IMG/VR virus record: IMGVR_UViG_2687453341_000003
Span: 43,314 to 107,313 of that record
Direction: 5' to 3' (one strand)
Length of the DNA: 64,000 nucleotides
Source of the DNA: a virus
Lineage: Duplodnaviria; Caudoviricetes
Of this stretch, positions 57,096-64,000 are shown piece by piece (within the stretch, counting starts at the first letter, position 1; the number at the start of each line of letters is the position of its first letter). The notes under the pieces were generated by a model. That model ran no database searches and had not been told where the DNA came from. It saw only the letters and a list, made by a program, of their open reading frames with translations. Position numbers and translations under genes: made by a program.

Positions 57096-57413
57096 CTACA
57101 GGTTTGACCAAATTAGAAGCATATCTGCATGGCATCGCTTTTCCGGGGGACAGTAGCAAGCGAGGTTTTTACCTTTGAGCTCATCCATATGCTCAATGAT
57201 CCAAAGTATGCGTTGCCCTTTCTCAAAATCCATCCACTCCGGAACATGGCGTAGTTCAGAACAGCACTCGACCGCTTCGTTAAACTCTGATGCGGATCCG
57301 AATGGATTTCCCCACGGACCTGGACGAGTTACGCAAACCGTGTTCGCCGGTAGTCTCCATCCCTTGACTCGCTTTCGTTGAATTCGCATCGGTTGTGTGA
57401 TCAAGTCAGACAT
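57096..57413 (-). CDS. DUF4326 domain protein
   Basis: RIQRKR.KGWR.P, V.RPG.WGNPF, LKGKNLACYC....CHAD.L. Confidence 0.85.
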   Translation of the reverse strand: MSDLITQPMRIQRKRVKGWRLPANTVCVTRPGPWGNPFGSASEFNEAVECCSELRHVPEWMDFEKGQRILWIIEHMDELKGKNLACYCPPEKRCHADMLLIWSNL

Positions 57414-58464
57414 GTTCAACTCCGATCGATGAATGGGGGAATTCATCATGCACTTCCCCGTCTAGTTTCCGGCCCGCGTAGTGCTTTCCCACGTTGATCG
57501 AAATCTCGCCATCGGGCCATTCGTGAACGGCTCCATTGTTCCCGCCCTGGCTCGCAGGTAGCCACTCGCCCCATTGTTTGAACAAAAACGGAACGTTGTG
57601 CTTCTTGCATTGTTCGCTCAACCCTTGAAACCACGCCGGATGACTTGGCCGAGCCTCTAAGCCGCTCTCGCCGCCCGCTATAACCCAATCGATCCCCAAC
57701 GGCGGATAGTCGCAATCGCACCCTCCGATATCGTCGCAGTTGCGACATGCGTTAGCGATTGATCGAAGGTCGACCGGCCCCAACAAGGGTTCGCAGGAGA
57801 GAAACAATACAGGCGCGAATTTGCGGCACTTCATCAACTCAGGAAGTCGCTTCTCCCCGAACTCCTGATTCTCAACCGATGTACCAAGCCACACGTTTGT
57901 CCGGTACCTGGATCTCATTCTATCCGCGTGGCCCATATAGTTTGGCATTGGGTGTGAAACCCACAATGAAGGCCAGAACCGAGGAATGTTCTCCGGTCTC
58001 TTGGTGAGCAACAACCAATCGATGCTTGGGGTCGCGTCGATCACCTGAAACAAACGCCGCCGGATATCGTCCAAATGCAGCGGTGTTCCCGTGTTCGGAT
58101 CGTCAAGTACTTCTTTGTATCCCCAGCACTCATCATTTCCATCCGGAACATTCATTCGCCACATTGGGACTCCGGAGGAGTGGTGCACCTGGCCTGTCCA
58201 ATCTTCAAACACATCCGCGAGGGATGCACAAAAGACCCGGTAGCGAACTCCCTTCTCTCTTGCCTCTCGCTCCCATTTCATCGGCTTACGCCAGTACTCC
58301 TCGCCGGTAACAACGCGTGTTCCATGCTCCCCCCACCTCGCAATTCCTAATCTCCGATCCATGTCGCGTTCCGCATAGCAGTACTTGCACGCGGGGCTTA
58401 CTTTGACGCATCCCATCCACGGATTGAATGTGTGCGTGGCCCATTCAATTTTTGTGTTTTCCAT
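57406..58464 (-). CDS. DUF5131 / Gp37-Gp68 family protein (second copy)
   Basis: TKIEWA.HTFNPW.GC.KVSPAC.YCYAE, VFCASLADVF, LLTKRPEN, SCEPLLG, GGESG, FKQWG. Confidence 0.92.
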   Translation of the reverse strand: MENTKIEWATHTFNPWMGCVKVSPACKYCYAERDMDRRLGIARWGEHGTRVVTGEEYWRKPMKWEREAREKGVRYRVFCASLADVFEDWTGQVHHSSGVPMWRMNVPDGNDECWGYKEVLDDPNTGTPLHLDDIRRRLFQVIDATPSIDWLLLTKRPENIPRFWPSLWVSHPMPNYMGHADRMRSRYRTNVWLGTSVENQEFGEKRLPELMKCRKFAPVLFLSCEPLLGPVDLRSIANACRNCDDIGGCDCDYPPLGIDWVIAGGESGLEARPSHPAWFQGLSEQCKKHNVPFLFKQWGEWLPASQGGNNGAVHEWPDGEISINVGKHYAGRKLDGEVHDEFPHSSIGVEHV

Positions 58465-58516
58465 TGCCAGTCTCTCTCCTCTTCGTTGCCCGTACTCAGT
58501 CCGCACTGACTGCAAT

Positions 58517-58777
58517 CTAAAGATTCGTGTGTCCATTCAACGCTTCGTGGACTCGCATCTTCCATTCGGGTTTAGGAAAACCACGTGCGTATAAGTACGC
58601 GATCAACTCACCGACACCAAACCCGCCACGGCATTCACCCTCTACCAGTGCTTGCTGAGGTTGAAAGACGTGAGAATAGACCTCGTACGCTGCCATATGA
58701 ACCGATTCCGCAATTCGCGACCGTTCATTTCGGCGCGGAACAGACTGTACCGGCTTGCTCGACTTTTCATTTTGCAT
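58517..58777 (-). CDS. Hypothetical phage protein
   Basis: AYEVY...Q......RGGFG..EL motif; early operon. Confidence 0.55.
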   Translation of the reverse strand: MQNEKSSKPVQSVPRRNERSRIAESVHMAAYEVYSHVFQPQQALVEGECRGGFGVGELIAYLYARGFPKPEWKMRVHEALNGHTNL

Positions 58778-58849
58778 AAATACGCTCCCCCATTGCGGCC
58801 CACTTCGGTGCACGTTGTTAATTGATGCGTTGTTCAAGACCGCTGTTGC

Positions 58850-59143
58850 TCAATCTTCGAAAGCTCGTTTGATAGCGGCCTTGCTCAATCCAATTGCCTT
58901 GCAGCCCGCCTCGGTTGCCCGGTAGTAGCGATTCGTGCTGTTGTTGATCTCCCCGCCTCGTTCTGCCAATCCGTAAGACACCATTTCCTCCCATACATCG
59001 CACGTCGGAGTTCCGATCACCGCGCAGAAGTGATTCCTATAGCCGTGCTTTGATTTCCGAACGCGTGCTCCTGCCCCAAGCGTGTGCGTCAAAAGACGAA
59101 CCCACTCTTCCGGCAACTCGACTTTCGTTAATTCGCTCATCAT
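58850..59143 (-). CDS. Hypothetical phage protein (wHTH-like)
   Basis: L.HTLG...YRNHFC...Y.ATEAG; GGAGGA RBS. Confidence 0.6.
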   Translation of the reverse strand: MMSELTKVELPEEWVRLLTHTLGAGARVRKSKHGYRNHFCAVIGTPTCDVWEEMVSYGLAERGGEINNSTNRYYRATEAGCKAIGLSKAAIKRAFED

Positions 59144-59370
59144 TCCTCCGATGCGATGGTGCAAGCCCGCTTTTCTATCTGTGCAACTCGAATTGAAACT
59201 TTTGTCCGACGGCCGTCGAACACTTCCTCTACCGTTACGTCCGGCGCTCCCACGCGTCTCGCGACGTCAACACATTCCGCGAGTACGGACCAAATCGGTT
59301 CTGGGCCCGGAGGAGGTGTGAACTCACGAAAACCATCTGGAAGCGATCGTATTGACCTAACTCTTTGCAT
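59140..59370 (-). CDS. Hypothetical protein
   Basis: Coupled ORF in early operon. Confidence 0.45.
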   Translation of the reverse strand: MQRVRSIRSLPDGFREFTPPPGPEPIWSVLAECVDVARRVGAPDVTVEEVFDGRRTKVSIRVAQIEKRACTIASEE

Positions 59371-59611
59371 GTACTTGCTCCGAATCGTAGGCGGGGATCG
59401 GGCTAGTGTTCTTGGAGTACTCGGTAACCGAATACTCCATCTTCCGTCGCTCTAAGTGCTCGATCTCACCTTTCAACGACTCCGCGTCGCACCAAACATG
59501 AAATCGCCTTACGTCTTTCTTTCCATCGCGTTCCGCCTCGATGTGGTCCCATTGCACCATGTAAACCACCTCAGGCGGATGTTTCGATGTCCAAGTTGTG
59601 AATGCACTCAT
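59357..59611 (-). CDS. Hypothetical protein
   Basis: ATGA coupling with upstream gene. Confidence 0.5.
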   Translation of the reverse strand: MSAFTTWTSKHPPEVVYMVQWDHIEAERDGKKDVRRFHVWCDAESLKGEIEHLERRKMEYSVTEYSKNTSPIPAYDSEQVHAKS

Positions 59612-60171
59612 GAATCGATCAAACTCCTCGCCGCAGGCAGAGCGTGATACATGACTGACCAGTCTGGGCCAACCACCCATTTGCAGGCCGCTTCGCATTG
59701 CCTTATCCGAAGGCCAAATTCGTCATCTTGAAGCCATTGGGCACATTCCCAATAGAACCAGCGATCGAACAACCGTCCGATCGCTAAATTCGCTGCTGGG
59801 GACCACGAGCAGGGTGAATGCTTGATCCGATCATGAATGTTTGGTTCGCGTCCACCTAGATCGTTGTAGAGAACTCGTTCGATCGGCTGATGAAACAATT
59901 TGTCAGCAACCCTCCAGCGCTGAAGCACAACGTAGGTGGACGAGTAGATGCCTGAACCATCGCATCGGTAGCAGTCGTCATACTCGAAATGCCTGCCGGA
60001 TCCTCCACATGACCAACAAGTCTGCACGATGCGTTGCAAATCGGTTCCGTCTTTCACTCCAAATCGCTGGCAGATTAGCGACTTGATCGGATAGAAGTGC
60101 ATCTTCGAAATAGGCGCCGTGTTGGCAGCCCAAAGCACGTGGGCCAATCGCCGAATTCGTTCGCGAGTCAT
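59608..60171 (-). CDS. DnaJ-type Zn-finger-containing hypothetical protein
   Basis: CWSCGGSG...CYRCDGSG. Confidence 0.6.
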   Translation of the reverse strand: MTRERIRRLAHVLWAANTAPISKMHFYPIKSLICQRFGVKDGTDLQRIVQTCWSCGGSGRHFEYDDCYRCDGSGIYSSTYVVLQRWRVADKLFHQPIERVLYNDLGGREPNIHDRIKHSPCSWSPAANLAIGRLFDRWFYWECAQWLQDDEFGLRIRQCEAACKWVVGPDWSVMYHALPAARSLIDS

Positions 60172-60597
60172 CTAGTAGGCCCCATTTCTGGCGTGCTCGA
60201 TCGCGTCTCGAATCTCTTGCCCAATCGAAACATGGTTGCTCGCAAACTCGATTGTTTCCCCTTCAGGCCCAATCAACTCCACCATTCGGAAATGAACACC
60301 GATTGCGATATGAACTTCAAAGCCTTTCGGGATTTCGTCTGCAATCGGCGTTAACGCACAATCCAATTCGGTAGCCTGCGATCCGGTGGCATCGGAAACG
60401 ATGCCCTCGGGAGGATTCGGAAATGGTTTGTACGGCCACTTGAACCCTTCTGCATGCTCGCGGTTAAGCCATACGGTCCTTTCCGCTGACTCCCCAACCA
60501 TTCTAACGACACAGCCAATTTTTCTTAACTTCTCGGCTATGAACAAGGCTGTGGACGTCTTTCCGCAGCCCCGAGGGCCTGTAACTGATATCTTCAT
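60172..60597 (-). CDS. Hypothetical protein with N-terminal P-loop
   Basis: KISVTGPRGCGKTS. Confidence 0.55.
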   Translation of the reverse strand: MKISVTGPRGCGKTSTALFIAEKLRKIGCVVRMVGESAERTVWLNREHAEGFKWPYKPFPNPPEGIVSDATGSQATELDCALTPIADEIPKGFEVHIAIGVHFRMVELIGPEGETIEFASNHVSIGQEIRDAIEHARNGAY

Positions 60598-60609
60598 TTC
60601 CGACTCCTT

Positions 60610-60873
60610 CTAGAACTGATATTCACTCTTCGGTACGCTCCGCGACTCGCGGTTAAGCGGTAGCTTTTCACGGCGGGCACATTTTCCGCAGTACTTCACC
60701 CACTCCATGTGGTACTTCTCGCCTGGCTCAATGATTCGATGACATTCATCGCACTCACCCGCGTTCGAAATGCGAAGCTTCTCCGCGCAGAACTTACAAG
60801 TACTGAAATCTTCGTATCGATCGACGATTGCGAAATCCGAACCGCATTCGACGCATGCCTTTGGCCGCTGCAT
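60610..60873 (-). CDS. Double Zn-finger protein
   Basis: CVEC, CKFC, CDEC, CGKC. Confidence 0.55.
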   Translation of the reverse strand: MQRPKACVECGSDFAIVDRYEDFSTCKFCAEKLRISNAGECDECHRIIEPGEKYHMEWVKYCGKCARREKLPLNRESRSVPKSEYQF

Positions 60874-60883
60874 GGCTGCTCCT

Positions 60884-61234
60884 TTACTCGTCTTCAAGCC
60901 CGAGCTCTGGCTGCCTGGCGTCGGTACCGGAGGAAGCGAAAACCAAGTGCATTCGCTTGTCCATGATCTTCGGAGTGAGGGTGCACTCACGGCCCTCGTG
61001 GCCTGCGATGTTGTGTGTGACTTTGTATTCGACCTTTACTCGGTCCAAGTCGTTCTGATGGGCACAAGGGACAAACGACATCACGAGTGTGAGCTTCCGG
61101 GTTCGATCGTCGTGTGGACGGTCGTTCAGGTCGGAGATGATCAGTTTGAGGTTGGCAGCGAAAGCAGCGGCGAGGAGCCCATCATCGAAGGCACCCAAGT
61201 TTTCAAGAGTCAGGAGTTGTGTTTGAGCATTCAT
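60884..61234 (-). CDS. Conserved phage protein
   Basis: L.LENL...G...I.D..D.P.....RKLTL; typical partner of the upstream gene. Confidence 0.6.
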   Translation of the reverse strand: MNAQTQLLTLENLGAFDDGLLAAAFAANLKLIISDLNDRPHDDRTRKLTLVMSFVPCAHQNDLDRVKVEYKVTHNIAGHEGRECTLTPKIMDKRMHLVFASSGTDARQPELGLEDE

Positions 61235-61284
61235 TTTGATTGTGACTTTAAGAGAGTGAAAGAACGGGCGTGATGGGAATGGAA

Positions 61285-62076
61285 CTAGTTCGCGACGCCA
61301 TACTCGCCGTCGTAAACGGCTACTGGTCGTTCCTTCGTTCCGTCAACGATGATTCCGATCAGCTCCATCTTTTCTCGGATGATGGCATCTTCCATTTGGG
61401 CCTCATCCGGCTCGAACTTCACATATCCTCGATTCGCAAAGTCGATCGACAACCAAACTCGAATCGACCTAATGTCCACTGTCCCGGTCTTGAGAAACAC
61501 GGGTGTGCGAACCTCGATCGACTCTGGAAGATTGGCAGCCCCAACAGCTTCCTGCACCAGAGACTTCCCTAGACGAGCGGCAGTATGTCCCTGCTCGGTT
61601 GTGAAATCGTCCTGCGTCGAAATCTTCAGATTGCGAATCGCGGTGAGAGCCGTCGAACCAGGGTCGAACTCCGCAAATCGCTGTCGCAGGAGCTTGATGG
61701 CCTCGTGCTGGGGCAGCGAAGCTTGCAGCACCAGGTCGCGAAGAGTTTCGAAGGTAGGATGAAATCGGAACGGCATTGTCAGAACGTCTTTTGGATCATT
61801 CTCGACCACCTCCACGGTAACCCGTTCTACCCCCACCCAGATATTCGTCCGTGCCTCCGATTTCAAATTGTTGACATAGTCGATCAACGAATCGACACCA
61901 TGCAAAACGTGTGTATTGTCAGGGCGATCCATCTCGACGGTCGCGAGCTCTTTTGCCGCAGGATTCCACATGAACCGCTTCCGCTTGCCAGGCCTGAAGG
62001 TTTCAAGCACGGTAGGAGTAACCTTTGCTTGGTCGGTAAAGTAGTCGCGCAGCCAGTTCAACGTTTTCTCTAACAT
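61285..62076 (-). CDS. Conserved phage protein (DUF2303-like)
   Basis: L..VDSLIDY, PVF, position after replication gene. Confidence 0.5.
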   Translation of the reverse strand: MLEKTLNWLRDYFTDQAKVTPTVLETFRPGKRKRFMWNPAAKELATVEMDRPDNTHVLHGVDSLIDYVNNLKSEARTNIWVGVERVTVEVVENDPKDVLTMPFRFHPTFETLRDLVLQASLPQHEAIKLLRQRFAEFDPGSTALTAIRNLKISTQDDFTTEQGHTAARLGKSLVQEAVGAANLPESIEVRTPVFLKTGTVDIRSIRVWLSIDFANRGYVKFEPDEAQMEDAIIREKMELIGIIVDGTKERPVAVYDGEYGVAN

Positions 62077-62083
62077 TTGGGTC

Positions 62084-63196
62084 TCACTTCGATTTAGAAA
62101 TTCCGAGCTTCTTCATTGCTTCGATCCACTCGGGATCGTCTGCACTCGCCGGTCTATCCGGCTTATGAATCGTTTCGAACAGCTTGGTGCGGGACTCACG
62201 CGATTGCTCGCGTGCTCGATCGACCTGCATTCGATTCCGCTCTGAGGCGGGTACCAAACCTCCGATCCATCCGATTGCGATATCCATTCCTGGCCGTTGG
62301 GACTGGATCCGGCGAAGCAACACGTAGGGTGGGCATTGCCAGTGATCTCGATAGGAACGAATCGTCTCGCGATACCGGGCTAGGATTGCTTCGATCTCGT
62401 GGAGCTCCACTCCTGCGATGCGAGCATCCGCGATGCACTCGCGAGCCTTGGCGACACCGAGCTTACGAATCTCCTCCTCCACCTCCCCCCAAGTTCTCTC
62501 CAGACTTGAAGAGAGAGGAGGAGGAGTGTTTCTAGGTTGGTGGTTTAATAATGGTTTACCGGACATAGTGTCCGGTTGCTTCGTCACAATGTCCGGTTGG
62601 TCTTCCTCTATGTCCGGTCGGTCGGACCGCATGACCGGTTGAGGTAGATGCATGTCCGATCGATCGAGGGACCGATCAGCATGAATCAACGCAGGGCCAA
62701 CATGGGATGTCCGAGGGGTTTCATCCGTGTTGGCCAACGCGCTCGCAACCTGCCGAGGGGTTTGGTCGCTGTCGGTCGATCGAGGGATCGAACGCGACGC
62801 GCGTTGGCTCTGCATAAGGTCTCGCCATCGTGCTCTTCGCGAGGGCTCAAGCATGGCGAGTTCTGTCCACACGATCCGGTAGTGGAGTGATACCGTTCCG
62901 TGCGGGTTCTTTCGTCGTTGAGTGATGAGGAGGCTCATCGCTTCAAGTGCTTCGGTTGCGCGCCGGATGGTTCGTTCTGTGCATCCGAGCTCGCCAGCGA
63001 GTGTCTGTTGAGAGGGCCAAGCCCACTCGTTCTTCCCCAAGTGATTTTCGATCGCTCGGAGCATGTGTTTCATCGTTTGCGGTGCTACCGTGGCTCCGTC
63101 CACTGCTTGGCCGGTGGGTAGCTCCGCTTCATTGATCCAACCCAAGCGATCCGCTTTGTTGAAATCAAATTCCGCTTGCTTGATGGAGTCCGTCAT
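62084..63196 (-). CDS. Phage replication initiator with N-terminal HTH
   Basis: AWPSQQTLAGELGCTERTIRR...L...LI; internal 21-bp repeats. Confidence 0.8.
   Translation of the reverse strand: MTDSIKQAEFDFNKADRLGWINEAELPTGQAVDGATVAPQTMKHMLRAIENHLGKNEWAWPSQQTLAGELGCTERTIRRATEALEAMSLLITQRRKNPHGTVSLHYRIVWTELAMLEPSRRARWRDLMQSQRASRSIPRSTDSDQTPRQVASALANTDETPRTSHVGPALIHADRSLDRSDMHLPQPVMRSDRPDIEEDQPDIVTKQPDTMSGKPLLNHQPRNTPPPLSSSLERTWGEVEEEIRKLGVAKARECIADARIAGVELHEIEAILARYRETIRSYRDHWQCPPYVLLRRIQSQRPGMDIAIGWIGGLVPASERNRMQVDRAREQSRESRTKLFETIHKPDRPASADDPEWIEAMKKLGISKSK
62559..62672. repeat. Five 21-bp-period iterons (core RTGWCCGR) within replication gene
   Basis: Units start at 62568, 62589, 62610, 62631, 62652; inverted copy at 62559; short AT-rich tract at 62541-62558. 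Confidence 0.75.
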
Positions 63197-63429
63197 CCTG
63201 CAAAGTACCCTTCCAATCCCAAGGCTCGTTGGGCAAGGACCGATTTGATTCGCAGACTCATGATGGTTTCGATGCAGCGCTCTAAATGTGCACCATCGTT
63301 GAGCCGCTCTCGCACGGAGGGTGGCAGGACGGATCTGGCTTGATCGCCAAATTCGTCGAGCAGTACTTTCCAAAAACAGTCGACCAGGACGTGTGCCGGG
63401 TCGACGAAGTTCCTTCCCATGTGTTCCAT
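63193..63429 (-). CDS. Hypothetical protein
   Basis: ATGA coupling to replication gene. Confidence 0.5.
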   Translation of the reverse strand: MEHMGRNFVDPAHVLVDCFWKVLLDEFGDQARSVLPPSVRERLNDGAHLERCIETIMSLRIKSVLAQRALGLEGYFAG

Positions 63430-63433
63430 CGTG

Positions 63434-63733
63434 CTAGATCCATCCGTGGTAGCGTGCTGTCGTTCGTATCTTGATTTCGCACCACTTCGCAAGCTCGAAG
63501 GTCAAGGCTTCATCCCTTGAACCAGCCAGGTGCGCGATGTGGAGAATGGTGGTGATCCAGGTCGTTCGATCGAACCGGAATTCATAACAATGCAGTGCCC
63601 CATCGGCACTCAGTGCAGCGGGTCGGACTGCGTATTTCGGATGGAGCGATCGGGTGCAGACCATGGGAGCAGGACTTCGCATCGCATCAGACCAATCCCT
63701 CGGTGCAAATCCAAAGTTCGGGAGGGTACTCAT
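63434..63733 (-). CDS. Hypothetical protein
   Basis: Starts immediately after previous stop. Confidence 0.5.
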   Translation of the reverse strand: MSTLPNFGFAPRDWSDAMRSPAPMVCTRSLHPKYAVRPAALSADGALHCYEFRFDRTTWITTILHIAHLAGSRDEALTFELAKWCEIKIRTTARYHGWI

Positions 63734-64000
63734 TTAGCGACACCCCCTGCCGATGGCAAAGGCGAGTGTCGACGCGATCAGTACCGCGACGATTGGATAA
63801 ATACGACTAGCGAATACACCCGACGTGTATCCGCTGAAGAATCCCAGCGAGAATCCCATCCAAATGTCGCTGTTGCACGAATCCGATTGATGAGGCAATG
63901 GTCCCATCAATCGGTCGCGGTTTTCTTGGTAGAACTCCATCGCAGAATCGTGCGACGCCTGGCGGGCGTCGACCGATTTGCTCGGCGGGTCCAATTCCAT
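63734..64000 (-). CDS. Hypothetical membrane protein (possibly 5'-truncated by window)
   Basis: C-terminal hydrophobic helix. Confidence 0.4.
   Translation of the reverse strand: MELDPPSKSVDARQASHDSAMEFYQENRDRLMGPLPHQSDSCNSDIWMGFSLGFFSGYTSGVFASRIYPIVAVLIASTLAFAIGRGCR

Larger units (their letters stand above)
31471..64000. mobile_element. Prophage 2 (siphovirus-like), continues past window end
   Basis: Portal, protease, capsid, tail tube, tape measure, terminase and replication genes starting right after the tRNA fragment. Confidence 0.9.

Overview
Accessory region made of two adjacent temperate-phage-like elements with a group IIC intron at their junction. Host is probably a planctomycete (inference from gene families, not proven). 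Element 1 (1-~29.4 kb) carries a ParB-DNA methyltransferase, a lambda-like cos signature, a primase with an iteron cluster, RusA, an SSB-like/intein-containing Sak4-like ATPase/Cas4-like exonuclease recombination module, an ECF-like sigma factor and a DUF2924/large serine recombinase module. Its defence cargo is DUF5131+TcmP, a type I R-M operon continued by a PtuA-like ATPase and an HNH nuclease, and HEPN-like and PD-(D/E)XK-like singletons. The intron (29457-31396, minus) sits directly behind a terminator downstream of a 3' tRNA-Asn fragment, the likely att site. Prophage 2 (~31.5 kb to beyond the window end) is siphovirus-like with morphogenesis genes split across both strands. Top finding: its tail operon ends with a 17-Cys protein followed by an Erv1/Alr-type sulfhydryl oxidase, suggesting a phage-encoded cytoplasmic disulfide-formation system like that of poxviruses/NCLDVs. 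Its lysis-like cassette has a papain-like peptidase and no recognisable peptidoglycan hydrolase. All family assignments are from motif recognition by eye; no searches were run.
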